This document shows positions 25,985-38,063 of a stretch of 64,000 nt of DNA, one piece after another; position 1 is the stretch's first letter; each line of letters opens with the position of its first letter. The notes beneath the pieces are model-generated. The model was given only the letters and a program-made list of their open reading frames with translations, was not told where the DNA came from and did no database searches. A program made the translations under genes and the position numbers. Source of the DNA: Octopus sinensis (lineage: Eukaryota). Where the stretch lies: contig NC_043019.1 in the NCBI RefSeq assembly GCF_006345805.1, positions 25,047,360 to 25,111,359 of the forward strand, written 5' to 3'.

Positions 25985-26530
25985 GCTGGTGATAGTGGTA
26001 GCACTAGTAGTAGTAGTGGTAGTAGTAGTAGTAGTAGTAGTAGCAGCAGCAGTAGTAGTAGTATTGTTGTAGTAGTTGTAGTAGTAGTAGTAGCAGCAGC
26101 AGCAGTAGTAGTAGTATTGTTGTAGTAGTTGTAGTAGTAGTAGTAATAGTAGCAGCAGCAGCAGTAGTATTGTTGTAGTAGTTGTAGTAGTAGTAGTAGC
26201 AGCAGCAGTAATAGTAGTAGTATTGTAGTAGTAGTAGTACTAGTAGTGATAGTGTTAGTTGTAATGGGATTGGTAGTTGTGACGAGTGATGGTGGTGATG
26301 GTGGACCCAGTGTGGCGGTAGTGGTTGTGGCGGTGGTGGTAGTTGTGGTTGTGCTGATAGTAGATGGAGATAGTTGTAGTGTTGGTAGAGGGATGGGGGT
26401 GACTGTAGTAGCAGTAACAGTGGTGGTAATAGCAATGGTGACAGTGGTGGTGGCAATTGTAACATTAGAGATTGCATTAGTTGTTGTAGTTGTTGTTGTT
26501 GTGGTGGTGGTGGTGGTGGTGGTAGGGAGG
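25985..26530. repeat. Compound trinucleotide repeat (TAG/CAG/TTG/TGG)
   Basis: Fills most of the intron between TRMT10B coding exons 5 and 6. Confidence 0.95.
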
Positions 26531-26713
26531 ACGACGAAGATGAGAAATTTATGATAGAAAGAGAAGACCAATGGAAGCAGTGTTCATGTCACCTTCATCC
26601 TCCTCTCATTCATTATGATGTGAAATTACTACAACTGGGAGCAGAAAAACCACCAGAGAACAAGGATTCACCACTGAGACAGCCCCTTTGCCTCACCAAG
26701 GGCCATCACTCAC

Positions 26714-26860
26714 CTTCTGTATACTTTCATCGACAAGGCCACCAATGATGTACACTTTCTCGGGGTCTATTGTGAATAAGACGTTCTCTGAATCTGGTGA
26801 GAGATAAACTATGTCTTCTTTTGGAAACAGTTCTGTGTATGATTCATCGCAGACATCCCA
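26714..26860 (-). CDS. TRMT10B: TRMT10B-like coding exon 5 (WDVCDESY...IVYLSPDSE...VYIIGGLVDESIQK)
   Basis: 147 nt, AG/GTGAGT. Carries the SAM-binding motifs YLSPDS and GGLVD; GGLVDESIQK is the B-type signature (A-type has GGLVDHN). Confidence 0.96.
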
Positions 26861-26933
26861 CTGAAAAGAACAATTGGAAAATATGTCCAAATACTAAAAA
26901 ATAAAAAAAAATTAAAAAATAAATAATAATAAT

Positions 26934-27342
26934 AGGCACAGGAGTGGATGTATGGTAAGTAGCTTGCTAACCAACGACATGATTCTGGGTTCAGTCCCAC
27001 TGCGTGACATCTTGGGCAAGTGTCTTCTGCTATAGCCCCGGGCCGACCAATGCCTTGTGAGTGGATTTGGTAGACAGAAACTGAAAGAAGCCTGTCGTAT
27101 ATATATATATATATATATTTATATGTATGTGTGTGTATGTGTTTGTCCCCCTAGCATTGCTTGACAACTGATGCTGGTGTGTTTACATCCCCGTCACTTA
27201 GCAGTTCGGCAAAAGAGACCGATAGAATAAGTACTGGGCTTACAAAGAATAAGTCCCGGGGTCGAATTGCTCGACTATAGGCGGTGCTCCAGCATGGCCG
27301 CAGTCAAATGACTGAAACAAGTAAAAGAGTAAAAAAAAGAGT
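26934..27342 (+). mobile_element. Family B SINE, full length, 75 nt from the TRMT10B exon 5 acceptor
   Basis: Complete head and tail. Confidence 0.92.
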
Positions 27343-27714
27343 ATAATAATAATAATAGCAGCCGTCATCGTTGTTATTGTCATCATCCTTCCACGTCCGT
27401 TTTCAATTGGACGGTTTGACCAGAGGTGGAAAGCCAGAGAGCTGCACCAGGTTCCATTCTGGGTCTACAAAGAGCATGTTTTGCCATATTACTGATAATA
27501 AATTGGAAGCACAGGAGTAACTGGCTTTCACAATATGTTGTCAATTGAAGATCTTATAATAACAGTGTTATGCCAGGAAATGTTTGGTTAAGAAGAACCA
27601 AGAATCTCTATCTGCATGAGTCTCAATGTCTAAGACAACAGGGTTTGCAAACCAAATACAGCAACAACATCAACCTTACAGGCATTGATGGCCTAGAAGC
27701 TCTGATTATCATCA

Positions 27715-28095
27715 TCATCATCATATAACGTCCGTTTTCCATGCTAGCACAGGTTGGACGGTTCGACTGGGGTCTGGGAAGCCAGGAGGCTGCACTAGGC
27801 TCCAGTCTGATCTGGCAGTGTTTCTACAGCTGGATGCCCTTCCTAACGCCAACCACTCCGTGAGTGTAGTGGGTGCTTTTTACGTGCCACCGACACAGGT
27901 GCCAGGGGAGTCTGGCAGCGGCCACGATCGGTTGGTGCTTTTTACATGCCACCGGCACAGAAGCCAGTCAAGGCGGCGCTGGTATCGGCCACGTTCAGAT
28001 CGTGCTTTTTACATGCCACCAGCACAGAAGCCAGTCAAGGCGGTGCTGGCATCGGCCACATTTGGATGGTGCTTTTTACGTGCCACCGGCACAGT
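27715..28095 (-). mobile_element. RTE-3'UTR-derived repeat with about four internal 62-67-bp tandem units
   Basis: Reverse complement of the 25320 and 38770 copies; unit begins ggtgctttttac(g/a)tgccacc. Confidence 0.8.
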
Positions 28096-28510
28096 TATCA
28101 CAACTACTATTTCCATTTGATATTTATTTCTGTGCTTTATTATAATCTAATGTACATGCCACTGTATTTCATTAAATTATTTAAGTGAATTTAATGGTCA
28201 TTTCATTTAGATTATGTTGACCAAGGAGACTGCCTTTGGTTCATTAAAACCAGTTATCCAGAAAGGCTTTGCGACCAAAGATTCTGAAAAAGTGATGTTG
28301 TACCTGTAATTTTCCTGGGTCTTATAGATTTCTTGTATATTATAGTTTGGGCAGGTGGAGTACTATCATTAGAAGGAATTGAACAGCTTGGTGAATAAGG
28401 TCAAAAAACAGGAAAAAAATGAAAATTAAAATCTGATGTCAGCTGGGTAAGATCTCTGGTCTACTGGCTGATTTGATGCCCCTGGATAATAGACAATTGG
28501 TAAGACACTT

Positions 28511-28745
28511 TAGGGATGAAATTTGAAAGGATTTTAAAAATCCTTCCCGTTGGGGGAAGTGAGGCAGACACATCAAACGGACTTATGTGAGTACTTCAGA
28601 CCAATATTTATATTTACTGTGGTCACAAGTGAAAGCAGCACAGACAAAATTTTCAAACTTAACAAATTTGCCTGGCTGGCAATAAACATTTTACCTCGCT
28701 TACCCAAACTAAGGATTTTAAAAATCCTTTCAAATTTCACCCCTA
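28511..28745. mobile_element. hAT-like MITE with 34-bp TIRs
   Basis: TAGGG(A/G)TGAAATTTGAAAGGATTTTAAAAATCCT at both ends, inverted; TSD not convincing. Confidence 0.7.
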
Positions 28746-29352
28746 ATAAGTTTTACAAATCCTCTATCATCCTGGAATATCAGATCAGTTAGCAGACCAG
28801 AGCTTTTACTATACTGATAGCAGCTTTCTTATTCTGTGCCTCTTCACCAAGTTGTCCCAATTCAATCTTTTAATTGCAGTCACCCACCATTTAGCAGAAT
28901 TCTGTTATAGCAGGAAGTAGAAGGGGCCATCTTGTCGAAAATGTCCTGAGAGAAGGCCAGAATGGAGATCTTATGGTCCATAATGGAGATGAGGTTTTGC
29001 AAAGGGCTAATGAGAGTGACAGGAAAGTTTATTAACGTATTTTAATTTTTTATCAGGTTTGTGGAAGAAAGGTAGGGAGAAGAACGTGTTTTTAGGTTTA
29101 GTAATACATCTAAGAAGTCAATCTGCCTTTAAGTTACACCTGCCCACCTGTCTATCTTTTTATCTTCTCTATCTACCTTGCTAACAGCACAGCATGAACA
29201 AAAGTGATGTGAACGCATACAAATATGAAGATTTACAGATCCAACAAACCCAAATTAATGTGAAAAATATATTTAAATGACAAAGCAAAATAGGGACAAA
29301 AAGAAGTTGAGAGAAGTGAAAGGAGCAGAAAAAAAAAGACTCATTTTCTCAC

Positions 29353-29505
29353 CAAATAATTCTGAAATCCTTGGTTGATGCGGGTACATTCTTTAAAGAA
29401 GAAACCACTTTGGTCAATGCTTGTCAAAAATATATGCAATGGCTTCTCTGTCTTCTTGTTATAGCCATAGATCCTTCCCAATTGCTGTGCTAACCTTGAA
29501 ATTTC
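29353..29505 (-). CDS. TRMT10B: TRMT10B-like coding exon 4 (EISRLAQQLGRIYGYNKK...ECTRINQGFQNYL)
   Basis: 153 nt, AG/GT, phase 0. Matches the TRMT10B ELSRLAGQIRRLYGSNKK...ECVRMNDGFSSYL segment. Confidence 0.95.
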
Positions 29506-29922
29506 CTGGTATATTTCATAAAAAATATTTCAAAGAAATGCTATGAATATATAAGTAAACATACATACATTTGTATATGTATGCATATCCTTTAATGTAC
29601 ACTTTGTTAAAATAACCAATACCAATAGTTTCTTGCCATGGGGACATGTGGTTAGGCAGATTTTTATAACATGCCTTGTGTCTGTAAGCAATCCTCAGCT
29701 TCTGGCCACATGGTTTGTTCAAGTTGAAAAACAGAAAGCTGCTTCATGAGAACAAACCATGAGCCCAGAACCCAGAGAATGCTTGGAGACACAAGGCACA
29801 TAACAAAAATCTGTCTAATTATGTGTCTCCATGGCAAGAAACTATTAGTAGCTCTTATTCTAAATACTCTCTACATTAAATGATATTTATCTCTCACTGG
29901 ATGGACTATTGTTTACAGTAAG

Positions 29923-29972
<50 letters not shown>

Positions 29973-30270
29973 ATATGTGTGTGTGTTCATGTGTTGGGAT
30001 TTGATCAGACAATCAGAACAAATCCTAAAATCTTTTCTACTCTATGCACAAGGCCTGAAATATTTGGGGAGGGGGCCAGTCAATTAAATCAACCCCAGTA
30101 TGCAACTGGTACTTAATCTATTGTCCCCAAAAGAACGAAAAGCAAAGTTGACCTCGGCGGAATTTGAACTCAGAACGTAAAGACAGACGAAATACCACTT
30201 AGCATTTCGCCCAGCATGTTAACACTTCAGCCGGCTTGCTGCCTTAGAACAAATGCTATAACATGTAACT

Positions 30271-30529
30271 TTGTGGAGGCGCAATGGCCCAGTGGTTAGG
30301 GCAGCGGACTCGTGGTCAGAGGATCGCGGTTTCGATTCCCAGACCGGGCGTTGTGTGTGTTTATTGAGTGAAAACACCTAAAGCTCCACAAGGCTCTGGC
30401 AGGGGGTGGCGGCGACCTGTTGTACTCTTTCTTCCCAACTATAAGTCCCGGGGTCGAGTTGCTCGATTAAAGGCGGTGCTCCAGCATCGCCGCAGTCAAA
30501 TGACTGAAACAAGTAAAAGAGGAAAGAGT
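30271..30529 (+). mobile_element. Chimeric SINE (tRNA head of a third family plus family B tail)
   Basis: ggaggcgcaatggcccagtggttagggcagcggactc head joined to ataagtcccggggtcga...gtaaaagag tail. Confidence 0.8.
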
Positions 30530-30850
30530 TTCAGCATTTAAACTGGCCACAACTGGTCATATCCAGCCAAACTATCCTACTTTGTTTTATGCTCAAACTG
30601 GTCACACCCAGTCTCTTCTGCCTGTCTCACAATGTCATACTGAAAGTAAACAACCCCATAATTGAAGTCCCAAAGCTATGAGATATGACTAATGCATGTC
30701 TAATTCAAATCACAGGGAATAAATATTACATTTGACAGAATATTCTGAGTGTGAAAGGGTTAATAGTCTGTTAGGTCAGCATGACTTGAAACAGGAAACT
30801 AAATATTACAAATAACAACATTTGTAGAAAAAAACCCACATGAAACAAAC

Positions 30851-30987
30851 CTTTTCAGACATTTTCTCTTCAAAACTTAAGTCAATGCAGATCTTTAACC
30901 CTGACTTCAGTGCTTGCAGGCCCTTCTCGTGTAGAAAGCGTTTATGATCTCTTTTATTTAACATACCATTTTCTTTGGAATGTGTAT
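30851..30987 (-). CDS. TRMT10B: TRMT10B-like coding exon 3 (DTHSKENG...SGLKICIDLSFEEKMSEK)
   Basis: 137 nt, AG/GT, phase 1 to 0. The ICIDLS motif opens the TRM10 SPOUT domain. Confidence 0.93.
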
Positions 30988-31297
30988 CTGAAAAATGTCC
31001 AAGATGAGAAACTGTGAAAGAAAAGAACAAAACATTGAAACACAAAGATAAGGGCAGGCATAGCTGTGTGGTAAGAAGCTTGTTTCCCAACCACATGGTT
31101 CCAGGTTGGTGTTAGGAAGGGCATCCATCTGTAAAACACTGCTAAAACTGACACAGGAGCAGAGGGGAGTTTTTCTACTTGACCAGCTTCTGTGAACCAT
31201 CCTACATAAGCATGCATGGAAGATGGTCATTAAACGAAGATGATGATGATGATGATATATATATATATATATATATATAAACAAAGATGATGATGAT

Positions 31298-31331
<34 letters not shown>

Positions 31332-31335
<4 letters not shown>

Positions 31336-31706
31336 GTGTAGTGAATAAATTGTCATCTAAATTACGCTGAAATGAAAATAATACTGACATCTCATTTTAA
31401 CAAATATATTTACCAAAATTACATAAAAATATCTTGAAATTCTAAAACGTAAATTTATTCAATAAAAATCTCCATTGGCTTCAAAAACGGCCTGCAGACG
31501 ACTTTGGAACCTCCTGCAACTCTTCTGGACAGTATCCTTCTTTAAGTTGTTGAATGCTGCCAGTTCATCTTTGGTGTTACAAGGCATTATAGTCTTATGC
31601 TCAATTGTGCCCCACACGTAATAATCAAGAGGGTTGCAGTATGGGGAGTCAGGTGGCCAGATGTTAGGGGTCATGTGGTCACAGAAATTGCTTGACAGCC
31701 ACGACT
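31332..31706 (-). mobile_element. Tc1/mariner (DD37D/maT-like) transposase 3' fragment with TIR ending at TA
   Basis: WPPDSPYCNPLDYYVWG...SCRRFQSRLQAVFEANG; terminus cagagtgtagtgaataaattgtc sits in a TA tract. Confidence 0.85.
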
Positions 31707-32123
31707 GCAACTGGTACTTATTTTATCGACCCTAAAAGCATGGAAAGCAAAGTCAACCACAGCAGAATTTGAACTCAGAACAATAAGACAGATGAAATGC
31801 AGTCAAGCATGTTGCCCTGCATGCTAACAATTCTGCCGTGATTTTTTATTTAAATTACAAATATTAATGAAAAAATATAATAAAATTTTTATTTACTAAT
31901 ATCGAGCATACACAAAGGCGGCAAGCTGGCAGAAGCATTAGCACACCGGGCGAAATGCTTAGCGGTATTTCATCTGTCTTTACGTTCTGAGTTCAAATTC
32001 TGGCAAGGTCGACTTTGCCTTTCATCCATTTGGGGATCGATAAATTTGCGTATTGGGGTTGATCTAATTGACTGCCCCACCACCAAGAAAAATTTCAGCC
32101 CTTGTGCCTAGAGTAGAAAAGAA

Positions 32124-32715
32124 TCTATCTATCTATCCGCTCAGTCGAAGTCGACTCTCGGTCACTCGTTGGATCAGTGTCCTCCAGTCAGTTCTACCCT
32201 GGGTTGCTTCTTTCAGATTGGCTATGTCCATTCCGGTATCCCTCTTGATGGTGTCAAGCCAGAGGGTTCTTGGTCAGCCTCTTCCTCTCTTGCCACTGAC
32301 CATTCCGAGCATGATGTCCTTCTCCAGGAATTTTCTCCGCATATGACCAAAATATGCCAATCAATGCTTGGTGATCCTAGCTTCTAGCGACATTTTCGGC
32401 CTGATCTGCTTAAGAACTTCTCCACTGGTGAGCCTCGCTATCCATGGAATCCGTAAAAGTCTTCTCCAACACCAAAGCTCGAATGCATTAATTCTCTTCT
32501 GGTCAGCTTTCTTTAGTGTCCAGGTCTCGCATCCATATGTTGCTATTGGGAAGACAATTGCATTCACCAATCTGCATTTGGTAGTGAGCCTGATGTCTCT
32601 ACTCTTCCAGACTCTGCTCATGCTGACCATTGCCTCTCTGCCTAGTACTATCCGCCATCTTATTTCTGGAGTGCAGTCACCATCTCGATTTAGTGGAATG
32701 AGATCACTTGAGATG
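32124..32715 (-). mobile_element. RTE (BovB-like) LINE 3' fragment
   Basis: DCTPEIRWRI..., YGCETWTLKKAD..INAFELWCWRRLLRIPW, YFGH, (GATA)n tail. Confidence 0.9.
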
Positions 32716-33589
32716 GGAATAGCAGCACCCATTACAGACGACTCTCGTCACCTATGATGTATGTGCGTGCTCTCATGCACCAAGCATTTATATGAGAGGA
32801 TCTCAAAAGGCTAATAACACAGCATTTGGTGTTCTAACAAGATATCCACGTTAAGTTGGATGTACAGATTGCCATTTGGTACTAATACTACTTCTGTCAC
32901 AAATAATTAATATATACACATATAAAGGCAGCAAGCTGGCAGAATCGTTATCATGCTGGGTGATATGCTTAGCAATATTTCATCTGTCTTAATGTTCTGA
33001 GTTCAAATCCAATGAGGTTGACTTCACCTTTCATCCTTTCAGGGACGATAAATTAAGTACCAGTTGTGTACTGGGGTCAATCAAATCGACTGGCTCCTGT
33101 CTCCACAAAAATTTCAGGCCTTGTGCCTAGAGTAGAAAAGAATATATACACACATATGTATGTGTGTTTGTGTGTGTGTGTGTGTGTGTTTGTGTGTGCG
33201 CGCGTGTGTGTGTGCACACACAATATGTGTGTGCCTTTGTATTTGTGTTTATCCCCACCACTACCACCACCACTCAACAACTGGTGTTACTGTGTTTACA
33301 TCCTTGTGACTTAGCGATTCAACAAAAAGAAACTGATAGAATAACTACCAGGCTTAAAAAAACATAAGTGCAGGGATTGATTTGTTTGACTAGAATCCTT
33401 CAGGGTGGTGGCCCTGCATGGCCACAGTCTGATGACTGGAACAAGTAAAAATATATATATGTGTGTGTGTGTATGTGCATGTGAGTGTGTCTCATTGTCT
33501 TGACATCGTGTACTAGACGTAAAATGCTTGTCACAAAACACAGGCAATAAACTACCTCGAATACTTGGTGGTAGTGTGGTAGGGGGATC

Positions 33590-34430
33590 ATTAGAAATAA
33601 TAGATAGCTTTTGTTACCTAGGCAACCAAGTTAGGGGTGTGGAAGAAGTCCTGAAAGTGTAATTGCTAGAATAAGAACAGGCTGAGCAAAGGTCAGAGAG
33701 TTTCTACATTCGTTGGTAACTAAGGGCCTTTCCCTCAGCGTGAAAGGCAGATTGTATGATGCCTGTGTGCGTACAGCTATGCTACATGAGAGTGAAACAT
33801 GGGCTTCAACTACAGAGGAATTGTGAAGGCTTGAAATAAATGATGCTGGCATGCTCTGCTGGATGGGTAATATCAGGGTGCATGACAGAGTGTTAATGAT
33901 TTAAAAGGAAAACTGGGTATAAGAGGCAACATATGTTGTATGAAAGGGAGAAGACTGCACTGGTTTGATCATGTGATGCATATGAACGAGGACAGCCGTA
34001 TAAAAAAGTGCTGAGCTCTAATTGTGGAGGGTACCAGTGGAAGGGGTAGACCCAGGAAGACGTGGGACAATGATGCTGAGCCTCACTGAGGAAATGACAA
34101 GGGACCAGTTGTGGCAATTTGTTGCACTTGAGAAAACATATCAAGCTAAATAAAATCGCAGTCATCCATCCATACATATAGGCTTGTCCTTTACAGGTGC
34201 TAGGATCATGTAAAATGCACTCATGTCGGTGCTGCGTAAATGCACCCAGGATAGTGTCACATAGAAAGCAGCCGGCACACTCTGTAAAGTGACTGACATT
34301 AGGAGGGAGCATCCAGCTGTACAAGCCAGGCCATAACAGACAATTGGAGTCTGGATAGCTCCCCAGCTGGCCGGCTCCAGTCAAGCCATCCAACCCATGC
34401 CAGCATGTAAAATAGACAGATGATGATATA
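33590..34430 (+). mobile_element. Older copy of the same RTE family
   Basis: DSFCYLG...GRPRKTW with many stops, same 3'UTR and GAT tail as 43592-45220. Confidence 0.85.
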
Positions 34431-35284
34431 ATGATGAATAAATGATGTCATTTATTTCCAACATACATGTCTGGCCATGGGGAAGTTATTACTTTGCTTG
34501 TAAACTAGTGAAGGTTGGCTACAGGAAGGGCATCCAATTGTAGAAACTTTGACTCAATAAACTTTGCCTGACCCATGCAAGCATGGAAAAGTAGATGTTA
34601 AAGTGGTGATGACAACGACAATGATGATGACTTGAATAATTAAGATGGTTGTGTATTCTGCTAGATTCATCAGTAAGAATAAAATTAGAGGCCGCTTCAA
34701 CTGTGAAATGCTTAACTCTGGTTTTAGGGTGGAAAGGAGGAATACATACACCTTTTCTTTGACTGAATGCTAGTCATTATTATTGTCATTTATTTTGTGA
34801 TCAAAGATGTTCCTGTCATGACCACCCTTTGGGATTGTTTTTTTTTTTCTTTTAAGACATAGCCTGCCTGTGACTACATTAAGACTGCAGCATATGTAAT
34901 GCAATGAAAATTTGGTACTATTTCTAGCAGGTCAAGCAACTCCATACAGGTTCCCTTCGCTCATACATTCATATTCATGAAACAGTCACATGAATATAAG
35001 TGTAACACCCATCTGAAATTTAGGGTTAGGAGACATGACACTACTGAAATTTTTAACTGAAAGACAAGGCCCTATTGAAATTTTGGATTAATGAACATGG
35101 CCCCTTCTGAAACTTTGGGTTAAAATATATGATCCCTACAGAAAATTTGAGCTAAAAGAAAATTTGACCTCAGCTGCAATTTTGGATTAAAAGACATGGT
35201 TGCTATTGAACAATTATTTTGTACAAAGAGACCCCTTTGCTGAAATATGCTAAAAGACATGGTTAGAAAAGATGTGGCCCCTAC

Positions 35285-35393
35285 CTGGAATTCTGTTTTT
35301 GGCCCTTTGTTTTTTTTCTTGTTTTTTAATTTTACGTGTCTGTCGTTTGCTCTCTTTTGTCTTTATCCAATAAGCTTCTCTTTTCTCTTTTTT
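35285..35393 (-). CDS. TRMT10B: TRMT10B-like coding exon 2 (KKEKREAYWIKTKESKRQTRKIKKQEKKQRAKNRIP)
   Basis: Polypyrimidine tract plus CAG acceptor and GT donor; 109 nt, phase 0 to 1. Basic K/R-rich segment with W matches the TRMT10 N-terminal basic region. Confidence 0.85.
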
Positions 35394-35448
35394 CTGAAAA
35401 AAAAACCAAACAAACTTATAAATATACAACCTTAAATGTAAAGAAACC

Positions 35449-35806
35449 AGGCGAGACAAAAGCAAATGGCTTGGCATTTAAATAAATGTATGGAAATACT
35501 GCAAGCTTTGACACAAGGATACACATAACACTGGTTTTAAATTTTGTCCAGAGAGGGTAGAGTGACTACATTAACCCTCTTTGCTCAACTGGTGCTTATT
35601 TTATCAACTCCGAAAGGATGAAAGGCTAGGCGAGACGAAAGCAAATGGCTTGGCATTTAAATAAATGTATGGAAATACTGCAAGCTTTGACACAAGGATA
35701 CACATAACATTGGTTTTAAATTTTGGCCAGAGAGGGTAGAGTGACTACATTGACCCTCTTTGCTCAACTGGTGCTTATTTTATCAACTCCGAAAGGATGA
35801 AAGGCT
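35449..35806. repeat. 179-bp direct tandem duplication
   Basis: Copies start at 35449 and 35628; about four mismatches. Confidence 0.9.
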
Positions 35807-36520
35807 AAGTCAACCTTGGTGGAATTTGAACTCAAAATGTAAAAATGGACAAAATGCTGCTTAGCACTTTGCCTGACGTGCTAACAATTCTGCCAGCTTA
35901 AGGGTACACCTATTATTGATAAGGGATACTGGTACTTCATTTTATTGGCACTTGGAAGAATTTTATGACCAAGTTGACATGGGCAGGATTTGAATTCAGA
36001 ATGTAAAGGGAGATAATTAAATTATCACCAGGCATTTTATTCACTGCTCTGTTGATTCCGCCTCTCTGCCACCCTACAAGTTTGGATTAATACATAGCAA
36101 TTTTCAATACATTCAAGCTAACAAGGCAGCAAGCAAGCAGAATCATTACCATGCCAGACAAAAATACTTAGCAGTGTGCCTTCTGACTTGATGTTGTGAG
36201 TTCAAATTTCACCAAGGTTGACTTTGTTTTTCATCCCTTCGGGGTTGATAAAATATGTACCAGTTAAGCACTGGGGTCAATGAAATCCACTTACCTGCTT
36301 CCCTGAAATTGCTGGCCTCATGCCAAAATTTAAAAACCAATATTTTTCAAGCTAACATCATACCGACAATAATATGTGGTTCAAATCTTAGCAGGAGGGT
36401 AGTAATTCTAACGGAAGCAGTAAGTCAATTACATTGGTCTGGTGTCCAACTGCTACTAATTTTGTTGGCCCTGAAGAGGTAAAATGCAGAGCTGACCTCA
36501 GTAGAATTTGGATTCGGAAC

Positions 36521-37050
36521 ATAATCCTTTCTACTCTAGGCACAAGACCCAAAATTTTTGAGGAGGGGGCCAGTTGAGTAGATCGATCCAGTACGCAACT
36601 GGTACTGAATATATCAACCCTGAAATAATATTCTTTTCTACCCTAGGCACATGGCCCGAAATTTTGGGAGAGGGGGCCAGCTGAGTAGATCGATCCAGTA
36701 CACAACTGGTACTGAATATATCAACCCTGAAATAATATTCTTTTCTACCCTAGGCACATGGCCCGAAATTTTGGGAGAGGGGACTAGTTGAGTAGATCGA
36801 TCCAGTACACAACTGGTACTGAATATATCAACCCTGAAATAATATTCTTTTCTACCCTAGGCACATGGCCCGAAATTTTGGGAGAGGGGGCCAGCTGAGT
36901 AGATCGATCCAGTACACAACTGGTACTGAATATATCAACCCTGAAATAATATTCTTTTCTACCCTAGGCACATGGCCCGAAATTTTGGGAGAGGGGGCCA
37001 GCTGAGTAGATCGATCCAGTACACAACTAGTACTGAATATATCAACCTCG
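36521..37050. repeat. 107-bp minisatellite, five units, derived from a family A SINE 3' part
   Basis: Unit starts at 36521, 36625, 36732, 36839, 36946; units 2-5 nearly identical. Confidence 0.93.
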
Positions 37051-37197
37051 AAAGGATGAAAGGCAAAGTTGACCTTGACAGAATTTGAACTCAGAACGCA
37101 ATAACAGGCGAAATACCACAAGGCATTTCGCCTGGTGTGTTAACGTTTCTGCCAGCTCGCCGCCTTGGATTCAGAACATAATGAGTCACGAGAAAAT

Positions 37198-38063
37198 CTT
37201 TTATTCTTTTACTTGCTTCAGTCATTTGACTGCGGCCATGCTGGAGCACCGCCTTTAGTTGAACAAACTGACCCCATGACTTATTCTTTGAAATCCCTGT
37301 ACTTATTCTATTGGTCTCTTTTGCCAAACCACTAAGTTACGGGGACGTAAACACACCAAAATCGGCTGTCAAGAGATGGAGGGGGGCACCAACACATGAC
37401 ACAAATATATATATACAAATATATATATATATATATATATATAGGCGCAGGAGTGGCTGTGTGGTAAGTAGCTTGCTTACCAACCACATGGTTCCGGGTT
37501 CAGTCCCACTGCGTGCAACTTTGGGCAAGTGCCTTCTACTATAGCCTCAGGCCGACCAAAGCCTTGTGAGTGGATTTAATCATCATCATCATCGTCGTTT
37601 AACGTCCGTTCTCCATGCTAGCATGGGTTGCTAGACGGAAACTGAAAGAAGCCTGTCGTGTATATGTATATATATATATATGTGTGTGTGTTTGTGTGTC
37701 TGTGTTTGTCCCCCCAAAATCGCTTGACAACCGATGCTGGTGTGTTCATGTCCCCCGTAACTTAGCGGTTCAGCAAAAGGGACCGATAGAATAAGTACTA
37801 GGCTTACAAAGAATAAGTCCTGGTGTCGATTTGTTCGACTAATGGCGGTGCTCCAGTATGGCCACAGTCAAATGACTGAAACAAGTAAAAATATATGACA
37901 GACTTCTTTCAGTTTCCATCTGCCAAATCCACTCACAACGCTTTGGTTGGCCCAAGGCTACAGGGCTATAGTAGAAGACTTGCTCAAGGGGCCATGCAGT
38001 GGGACTGAACTCAGAACTATGTGGTTGGGAAGCAAGCTTCTTACCACACAACCACTCCTGCAC
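37198..38063. mobile_element. Plus-strand family B SINE (37443-37890) nested in a minus-strand family B SINE
   Basis: Minus tail 37198-37400, plus full copy, minus head 37896-38063. Confidence 0.88.

Noticed and set aside
25939-26571. 210-aa Thr/Leu-rich and related ORFs
   Set aside because: Trinucleotide repeat inside a TRMT10B intron.
30275-30350. tRNA gene
   Set aside because: The tRNA-like sequence continues into a SINE body with no clean cloverleaf or terminator; the same holds for the other SINE heads.
36521-37050. CRISPR-like array
   Set aside because: Contiguous 107-bp units without unique spacers, SINE-derived, eukaryotic context.
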